Positions 30,624-37,279 of a DNA stretch of 64,000 bases are shown here, one piece after another. Positions within the stretch are counted from its first letter, which is position 1. Each line of letters starts with the position of its first letter. This DNA is from an uncultured Phycisphaerales bacterium. Lineage in GTDB: Bacteria > Planctomycetota > Phycisphaerae > Sedimentisphaerales > Anaerobacaceae. The stretch lies in assembly GCA_963718665.1 (NCBI GenBank), contig OY970359.1, positions 1,312,001 through 1,376,000 of the forward strand. Direction: 5' to 3'. Under the pieces are notes generated by a model, which was not told the DNA's origin, made no database searches, and saw nothing but the letters and a program-made list of their open reading frames with translations. The translations under genes and the position numbers were made by a program.

Positions 30624-30639
30624 TGTTTCACGTGAAACA
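30624..30639. promoter_or_regulatory. parS: parS centromere site
   Basis: Perfect palindrome TGTTTCACGTGAAACA, about 160 bp upstream of parB. Confidence 0.92.
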
Positions 30640-31037
30640 ATTGCAAGGGGGTAACATCACCTGCCCTAATGTAACCGCGTAACCATTGAAGCAGTTGATT
30701 TCTAACTTTTTGATTAATCGAGTGAGGTAAATATAAAGAAAGGGTTGGAATTTGCCAGCATCACCGGTAACGCCGCAACTGCACAAATCCATCAATAGCA
30801 ATATTTGCCCCTGTGCGCCCGCACAAGGTTTCGTATCCCCGGAGAATATCCAAGCCGCCCTTTTTAAATATCAAAGCAGCAAAATACGTGTCTATGGGGT
30901 TGGTGAAAAAATCAAGATTGCTTCAACAGCTCCTCTACCTTCCTTTAGCTTTGTCGTTGAGACACTAAGAACAATCGACTGTCCATTCTCCATAGGCATA
31001 GCAATAAGAGATACCATTCGCATCTTTTTAAGAGCAA

Positions 31038-31053
31038 TGTTTCACGTGAAACA
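31038..31053. promoter_or_regulatory. parS: parS centromere site (second copy)
   Basis: Identical TGTTTCACGTGAAACA. Confidence 0.92.
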
Positions 31054-31247
31054 CGCTCAAAACTCCTAATGCTTGCGAAATGATTTTTGGGATTGTTACC
31101 TTTGATTTAATTAGTTGTATTTACACCAATAGTACATTGTTGTTTATTCCGCCCTACAAAACAGCCCTTAACGGTATCGTTTTAGGTAATTTGGGAAATT
31201 AAAGGAGCTGTTAGGGTAAGTTTTTTGAATCGACTTCGATATTGAAC

Positions 31248-32228
31248 TTACATTGAGCGCCAGCCGACAGCGAATGGCTCTTTGGAGTCATCCTGGGTTT
31301 TACGAGAGGCCGATTGCTCTATCAGCACTTCAACGTGCCGCTGTTTCGGAATAAAATCTTCAACACATTTATTCGAAAACAGGGCCGTAACCGTCCTTTC
31401 GAACCCCAGAACAATGGCGCACAGCATAATCGCCTGGGTGATGCTGCGAGGAGCGGAAGGGGTACCGATAAAATACGCCGTCGTTGATGCGGCAAGCAAC
31501 AGAAGCACTATTGTTTCCATAATAGCTTCTAATAATCCTATTATTGGGTGGCGGACGTAAAAATAGCCGCCGCCGGGAAACGCTATCGACAGTATCGTGG
31601 CCCAGGACTTTTTCTTAAATTCCAGGGAACAGTTGGGGCAGGCGTAATAGTCCTTTATAAGCGGTTTTGCGCACCTTGGGCACAAATGCACTCTTTCCAT
31701 TGTCGGGCTTGATTCCCCCTTGAGCGGCATATCCTTTAGCAGTTCTCTTGCCTTCTTTCTGCCGTTTCTGCCGATGCAGCGGAACCTTTCTGTTTTGCCG
31801 CTCTTGTGTTTTGCGACAAGAGTCACCCATCTCAGTCGAATATGGCGACAATCCGCATATAATATTTGTGCAACAGACCCTCGGTGCCGCAGATTGTGTG
31901 TTGTTGGCACGTGAAGTATGCGCCTGTTGGTAATGGCAAACAAGGACCGTTTTAGCGGCTGAAGCAGAAGACCCGTAAGCAACTGCTCGACGAAAGTTGC
32001 CGGCGAACAGCCGGATATGACGTGCAGAATTCTTTCGCCCGGTTCAAGAAACGGCGCAAGGAAACTCAGTTTGGCTAAAAGTTTTCGCTGATGTTTTTCA
32101 ATCCGTCGCCCGTAAACACCTTTATGGTCCGAAAATAAAACGGCTGTATCCACAGCAAGACCGTATAGTTTCTCCTTAGGAACCTTTCGGGTAAGATTTT
32201 GAGCAATATCAATTGTCTGGGTAAACAT
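31248..32228 (-). CDS. Hypothetical membrane protein with a Zn ribbon
   Basis: CPRC..CPNC, FPGGGYFY followed by TM helices; N-terminal AITNRRIL resembles PH-like domains. Confidence 0.65.
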   Translation of the reverse strand: MFTQTIDIAQNLTRKVPKEKLYGLAVDTAVLFSDHKGVYGRRIEKHQRKLLAKLSFLAPFLEPGERILHVISGCSPATFVEQLLTGLLLQPLKRSLFAITNRRILHVPTTHNLRHRGSVAQILYADCRHIRLRWVTLVAKHKSGKTERFRCIGRNGRKKARELLKDMPLKGESSPTMERVHLCPRCAKPLIKDYYACPNCSLEFKKKSWATILSIAFPGGGYFYVRHPIIGLLEAIMETIVLLLLAASTTAYFIGTPSAPRSITQAIMLCAIVLGFERTVTALFSNKCVEDFIPKQRHVEVLIEQSASRKTQDDSKEPFAVGWRSM

Positions 32229-32279
32229 TCTGTAACCCCTGATCGTTTGCCGCTATATCGACGAAAGGGGGATATGTAT

Positions 32280-32369
32280 AATTGGTAATTGATGATTGAT
32301 GATCTGAAAGCGACAACCGCAATCGATTTACCTGTGTATTTATCAATAATCAATCGTCGATAGTCAATT
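32280..32369. repeat. Inverted heptamer array (RATTGAT/ATCAATY units)
   Basis: aattggt aattgat gattgat gatctga ... atcaata atcaatc gtcgata gtcaatt. Confidence 0.75.
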
Positions 32370-32400
32370 AAGATATGGTTATTTTTGGACGGTGGTTAGT

Positions 32401-32850
32401 ATGCGGGCTGTTATACAAAGGGTATCGAGTGCGACTGTCGAGGTGGACGGGAAAGTCGCAGGCCAAATCGGCAGGGGGCTGCTCGTGTATTTAGGCGTGG
32501 GAAAACCCGACGGCCAAGCTGATGCTGAGTTTATGGCCGAAAAGATAATCAATCTGCGGATATTCGCGGACGATGCGGGTAAAATGAATCTCAGCATACA
32601 GGAAATAAAAGGCCAGGTTCTATTGGTCAGCAATTTCACGCTTCAGGGCGATTGCCGCAAGGGTCGAAGGCCCGGATTTGACGGTGCCGCCGAACCGGCG
32701 ATTGCCGAACAACTGTATGACAAAACGGCCAACCTGATTGCTGATAAGAGTTTGGGGGTCGCCAAAGGGGTTTTTGGCGCAAATATGCAGGTAAAGAGCA
32801 TAAACGATGGCCCGGTAACTTTCATCCTGGATAGCACCCGTTTGTTTTAG
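32401..32850 (+). CDS. dtd: D-aminoacyl-tRNA deacylase
   Basis: MRAVIQRV, SNFTL, GRRPGF, NDGPVT. Confidence 0.96.
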   Translation: MRAVIQRVSSATVEVDGKVAGQIGRGLLVYLGVGKPDGQADAEFMAEKIINLRIFADDAGKMNLSIQEIKGQVLLVSNFTLQGDCRKGRRPGFDGAAEPAIAEQLYDKTANLIADKSLGVAKGVFGANMQVKSINDGPVTFILDSTRLF

Positions 32851-33070
32851 CAGGCGACAAAATCCTGACGAAAAACTCTTTTGGGCAAAGTAGGGGGGGT
32901 ATTATTGTCGAAATAATTTGGGTTTGCCCGGCGGAATTTTAGTTGTGGAGCAGCGAAAGATTCATATAATCTTGCGCCCGACTCCAACGTAGGAATATCA
33001 GCGGAAAGGCCTTGGTCGGGTGAGCAACGCTGAGTTTGACTTATCATTGAAGAACGGACAGGTTAATAAA

Positions 33071-33628
33071 ATGGCAAAGCGAAAAACCAATAAGACAAAT
33101 AAAAGCAACAAGAACGGCCTGACGGCAGCGGAGATACAAAAATTCAGAGAACTGCTGCTCGCCAAGCGCGCTGAGCTGCTCGGCAACGTCTCCACTATGG
33201 AAGATGAAACTTTCAAAAAGGAGCGAAGCGAACTGTCGAGTATGCCTTTCCACATGGCCGACGCCGGCTCAGACAACTTCGAACAGGAATTCGCCCTGGA
33301 CCTGATGGACAGCGAAAAGAAGATGCTCAAGGAAATCAACGATGCGCTTGGCCGTATCGGCGAAGGGACATTCGGCGTTTGCGAAGGCAAGGGTGAGTCA
33401 ATTTCCAAGGCCCGGCTTAATGCCATACCCTGGGCGCGCTACTGCGTCGCCTGTGCGGAACTGAAAGAAAAAGGTCATCAGTTTGGCGGTGAAGCTGATG
33501 AAGCAGGCGAGATTCCGCCTTATGAAGCCGGCACCGAACCGGAATCCGACGAAGAAGAGGAAACCGAACCGGAAGTGGAACCTGACAGCAGCACAGAGTT
33601 CGAAGCTGAAAGCGACCACGAAGGGTAA
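33071..33628 (+). CDS. TraR/DksA family transcription factor with an acidic tail
   Basis: Coiled coil with HMADAG tip, ALGRI..GTFGVC, RLNAIPWARYCVAC. Confidence 0.88.
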   Translation: MAKRKTNKTNKSNKNGLTAAEIQKFRELLLAKRAELLGNVSTMEDETFKKERSELSSMPFHMADAGSDNFEQEFALDLMDSEKKMLKEINDALGRIGEGTFGVCEGKGESISKARLNAIPWARYCVACAELKEKGHQFGGEADEAGEIPPYEAGTEPESDEEEETEPEVEPDSSTEFEAESDHEG

Positions 33629-33701
33629 ACAATAACTGTCGGTAAACAGTCCCCTTAATACCCAATAAGTTCATATCTCCGTTTTGCCTGAGTCGTGCGA
33701 C

Positions 33702-34781
33702 TCAAACTTTTGCGGTCAGAGATTTTGGCTTGCCTTGTTTGGCCTCTATGGCCTTAATCTTTGTCTTGTGCGTCTTATCCCGCAGAACAGCCGTCGGCTC
33801 GCCGCCTATGGCCCGCAATTTGGCGTATCTGTTTTCCAGCAACGTTTCTATCTTTGTCCGCTTTAGAACAGCAAGTGTTCTTGTAATGTATTGTTCGACG
33901 TTATAAACAGTATCGTGGATATTTCTATGAGCTCCGCCCAATGGTTCGGCTATCGCTTCATCGACGAGCTTCAGCTTGAGCAAATCTTTGCTTGTCAGCT
34001 TAAGCGCTTCGGCCGCCTCGGGTGCCTGTGAGCCGTCACGCCACAAAATACCTGCACAGCCCTCAGGTGAAATCACCGAATAATACGCGAACTCCAGCAT
34101 CGCCAGCCGGTCTCCGACGCCTATGCCAAGCGCGCCGCCCGAACCGCCTTCGCCTATGCAGATACATATTACGGGCACCGGCAATCGGGACATCTCAAAC
34201 AAATTGACAGCTATCGCCTGTGCCTGGCCTCGTTCCTCGGCGCCGATTCCGGGATACGCGCCGGGAGTATCGATAAGCGTAACAATCGGTATGCCAAATT
34301 TCGCGGCGAATTTCATCTTGGCCATCGCCTTGCGATAACCTTCCGGGTTGGCGCAGCCAAAGTTGCACGCCATTTTTTCCTTCAGCCCGCGTCCCTTGTT
34401 TTGGCCCACAACAAGAACTTTTTCTCTGCCTATCTGACCGAACCCCGTAACTATCGCCCGGTCATCGCCGAAACACCTGTCACCGTGAAGCTCGCGGAAA
34501 TCCTTTACCATCAGATTCAGATAATCCGGCAGCAGGGGCCTTTTGGGATGTCGCGCCACCTGCACCGTCTGCCAGGCGTTGAGCTGCGAATAAATGCGCT
34601 TTAACTCCGCTACCTGGTCAAGCTGAAGCTGGCGAATCTCCACGGAGTAATCAATTCCCTTTATCGAGCTTAGGCGGCGCAGCTCCTCCATCTGGCTGTC
34701 GAAGTCCGCCACTTTCTGCTCAAAATCGAGGTAGTCGCCGCTACCGATTTTTCCCTGATTTTTATCTTTATCCGTTGTCAT
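33702..34781 (-). CDS. accA: Acetyl-CoA carboxylase carboxyltransferase alpha subunit
   Basis: ARHPKRP, ELHGDR, PEGYRKA, IDTPGAYPG, GEGGSGGA, YSVISPEG. Confidence 0.97.
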   Translation of the reverse strand: MTTDKDKNQGKIGSGDYLDFEQKVADFDSQMEELRRLSSIKGIDYSVEIRQLQLDQVAELKRIYSQLNAWQTVQVARHPKRPLLPDYLNLMVKDFRELHGDRCFGDDRAIVTGFGQIGREKVLVVGQNKGRGLKEKMACNFGCANPEGYRKAMAKMKFAAKFGIPIVTLIDTPGAYPGIGAEERGQAQAIAVNLFEMSRLPVPVICICIGEGGSGGALGIGVGDRLAMLEFAYYSVISPEGCAGILWRDGSQAPEAAEALKLTSKDLLKLKLVDEAIAEPLGGAHRNIHDTVYNVEQYITRTLAVLKRTKIETLLENRYAKLRAIGGEPTAVLRDKTHKTKIKAIEAKQGKPKSLTAKV

Positions 34782-34902
34782 TCATTCTTAACCAATCGCC
34801 ATCCGTAAACAGGCGCACAGACAGCGCACTTGTTTATCTACCCAGTATTTATTGAACGGACAACCATATTAGCATTAACCCTGCCAAAATTAAAGAAAAA
34901 AA

Positions 34903-34931
34903 TTGACATTGCCTCTGGCTTGTTATAGCTT
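34903..34931 (+). promoter_or_regulatory. Probable sigma70 promoter for tyrA
   Basis: TTGACA-N17-TAGCTT with an A-tract upstream. Confidence 0.45.
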
Positions 34932-34976
34932 TTATCGGCGACCTGTTTCGCGTCTATTTTCTGTAAGGTCTTGATT

Positions 34977-35849
34977 ATGCAGCACTTAAGAAAAATAACG
35001 GTAATTGGACTGGGTTTATTAGGTGGTTCCGTGGGCTTAGCCGTATCGCAATCGCTCTCCGGCGTGAAAACTGCGGGATTTTCCCACAGGGCAAGCACCC
35101 GCGCAAAGGCACGCCGGCTAAAGGTCGTCGATGAGGTCTTCGACGACATAAAAGCAAGCGTCAAAGATGCCGATTTAGTCATCCTCGCGACGCCTATAGG
35201 CAACTTTGAGGACACATTTTGCCAAATCGCCGATGCACTGCCCGCGGGCTGCATAGTCACCGACGTCGGCTCAACCAAACTAATGCCGCATCACTGGGCC
35301 GCCAAATGCCTGCCAAAAAATGTTCACTACGTTGGCTCGCATCCAATCGCCGGCTCCGAACAAAGGGGCGTCGAGTTTTGCAGAGATGACCTTTTCTATA
35401 AGGCGCTTTGCATTCTCACAACAACAAAGACCACAAACAAGCGCTCGCTGCAAATCGTGAAAGAGTTCTGGTCTGCGCTGGGTTGTTTCATTAAAATAAT
35501 GACACCCGCCCAGCACGACCGCATCTTCGCGGACGTCAGCCACCTGCCTCATATCACCGCAGCAGCGCTGGTCAACGCCAGTAACGCCGAAGAATTGAAA
35601 TTCGCGGGCAAGGGCTTTATGGATAGCTCGCGAATCGCATCAGGCCCCGCTAATATCTGGGCCGATGTCCTGCTGACCAACGCTCAAAATGCCGTTCGCG
35701 GAATTGACCACTTGACCGCCGAACTCACCAAACTCAAAAAAGCAATCCGCGCCGGCAACAGAAAAAAAATCGAAACCCTCCTCGATGCCGCAAGAGAAAA
35801 ACGTAGCTCGCTCGTAAAATACAAAATGAACAGAAAGGAACTGATCTGA
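34977..35849 (+). CDS. tyrA: Prephenate/arogenate dehydrogenase
   Basis: IGLGLLGGS Rossmann motif, DVGSTK, HPIAGSE, HD..ADVSHLPH, RIAS. Confidence 0.93.
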   Translation: MQHLRKITVIGLGLLGGSVGLAVSQSLSGVKTAGFSHRASTRAKARRLKVVDEVFDDIKASVKDADLVILATPIGNFEDTFCQIADALPAGCIVTDVGSTKLMPHHWAAKCLPKNVHYVGSHPIAGSEQRGVEFCRDDLFYKALCILTTTKTTNKRSLQIVKEFWSALGCFIKIMTPAQHDRIFADVSHLPHITAAALVNASNAEELKFAGKGFMDSSRIASGPANIWADVLLTNAQNAVRGIDHLTAELTKLKKAIRAGNRKKIETLLDAAREKRSSLVKYKMNRKELI

Positions 35850-35856
35850 AAAGGCA

Positions 35857-37146
35857 ATGACCGATTTCCACGACAATATCTTCTATTACTATCGAGGCCC
35901 TGAACAATCACAACAGAAACAGATCAGTCGGCAGTTAGAGAACAACACCACTAAGGCGTTGGTCAACACACTTAAACATTGCGAATCTACCGTCGCAATA
36001 AAATTCTTAAAGTGGTTGGGGATTACAGCGACCGGGAAAGTCGAGACTGAATTACAGAAGACGACCATTGGCAAAGAAAGAATATATCGCGCATCGCAGC
36101 GATTATTGCTTGGCCTTAAAGCTACAGATTCTACCAGTACCAAATCGAAAGAATCTATAAGCGTAAATAGTTGCCCTGATGCTTGGCTCTATGGGAAGGA
36201 CTTTGTTGTTCTGATAGAAAGTAAAGTGGGGAATGATTCATTCAAATCAGACCAGATGCAAAATCACCTTGATAAATTAAAAGTGGACGCTCTGCAAGAA
36301 CCAAGATGTGAGGTGCGAAGATGGGGCCAGGTGCGTAAATTCTTTGTTACGATCTTACCTGAATTGAAGGATGAGAAGAATAAATTTATAGTGGAACAGC
36401 TTACACAATATTTGAGGTGGATAGATATGACCGAGTTCACTGGTTTTGAAGAGAATATATTTGAGTTTTTTGTTAGCAGCAAAAAAGATGAGTATTATAA
36501 AAAATTGGTACGTGACACAATGAAGTGTTTTGCCAAAAGGATTCTGGATGGCCCAACTGGGTTACACGCCTTCAAACCATCATTTTACGAAAAGGACAAG
36601 GATGAGGATAAGGTCGGATATTACCATCCTGAGTATAACCATTTTTGGGTTGCCTTTGGGCCTACAAACTTTAAAAAAATAGCTCATCAAACTATATCGC
36701 TCTCTGATTTTGGGCTTGAAGTTTTTGTCAATGTGGAACGAAAGTCTGCGGTTGATATGCTTAAAGAGAAAACTCGGTCTGATAAGAAAACATTCGCAAA
36801 AATTGTCGCAGATTTACCTGAACCCTTCAGTGTTAGGATAGAAGAACGCAAGAATAAACAAGCCAGTCTTCATGATTACTATCCCATTGTAACGCTGGAA
36901 GCGGGTACTTATCGACCACCCCATTCGGGACCCTATGGACTTAAAGACCCCAAGTCGAGTGGATTCGACTACATTGAGGGAATCTTGGAACAAATGCCAT
37001 CGCCGTATTTTTCTTTGAGGAAGCGCATTGATAGAAAACAGGTGCTGGATATGTCCAAAGGAAACGGAGATGCTTTGGTTGAAACAGTAGTATGCCTTAT
37101 GAAAGCGTTTCATCCGCTGGTGGAATTCATTAACAAGAAACAATAG
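35857..37146 (+). CDS. Hypothetical protein with a PD-(D/E)XK nuclease-like N-terminal domain
   Basis: PDAWL...VLIESK...DQMQNH. Visibly AT-richer than the flanking genes. Confidence 0.65.
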   Translation: MTDFHDNIFYYYRGPEQSQQKQISRQLENNTTKALVNTLKHCESTVAIKFLKWLGITATGKVETELQKTTIGKERIYRASQRLLLGLKATDSTSTKSKESISVNSCPDAWLYGKDFVVLIESKVGNDSFKSDQMQNHLDKLKVDALQEPRCEVRRWGQVRKFFVTILPELKDEKNKFIVEQLTQYLRWIDMTEFTGFEENIFEFFVSSKKDEYYKKLVRDTMKCFAKRILDGPTGLHAFKPSFYEKDKDEDKVGYYHPEYNHFWVAFGPTNFKKIAHQTISLSDFGLEVFVNVERKSAVDMLKEKTRSDKKTFAKIVADLPEPFSVRIEERKNKQASLHDYYPIVTLEAGTYRPPHSGPYGLKDPKSSGFDYIEGILEQMPSPYFSLRKRIDRKQVLDMSKGNGDALVETVVCLMKAFHPLVEFINKKQ

Positions 37147-37151
37147 TAATT

Positions 37152-37173
37152 GTAGGGCGGGGCTTACGCCGCC
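37152..37173 (+). repeat. GTAG-type REP-like hairpin
   Basis: GTAG-GGCGG ggcttacg CCGCC immediately after the nuclease-like gene. Confidence 0.4.
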
Positions 37174-37203
37174 GAACAAAACTAATGTGATACTTTACGT
37201 TTC

Positions 37204-37232
37204 TTGACGCCCCAATCGCTTCGCCGTATAAT
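37204..37232 (+). promoter_or_regulatory. Sigma70 promoter for purL
   Basis: TTGACG-N17-TATAAT. Confidence 0.7.
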
Positions 37233-37279
37233 CCGCTGGACTTTCAAACCTTATCATTAAATTGTGAGGTAACATCACT

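Noticed and set aside
30465..31247. oriC call, and the small ORFs 30435-30635 and 30752-31069
   Set aside because: No cluster of good DnaA boxes and no dnaA were seen, and GC skew was not computed. The ORFs lack family motifs and run over the parS sites.
32972..33027. SRP RNA or a known riboswitch
   Set aside because: It lacks the SRP domain IV motif and does not match the c-di-GMP, ZTP or cobalamin consensus as I recall them. Kept only as an unknown hairpin.
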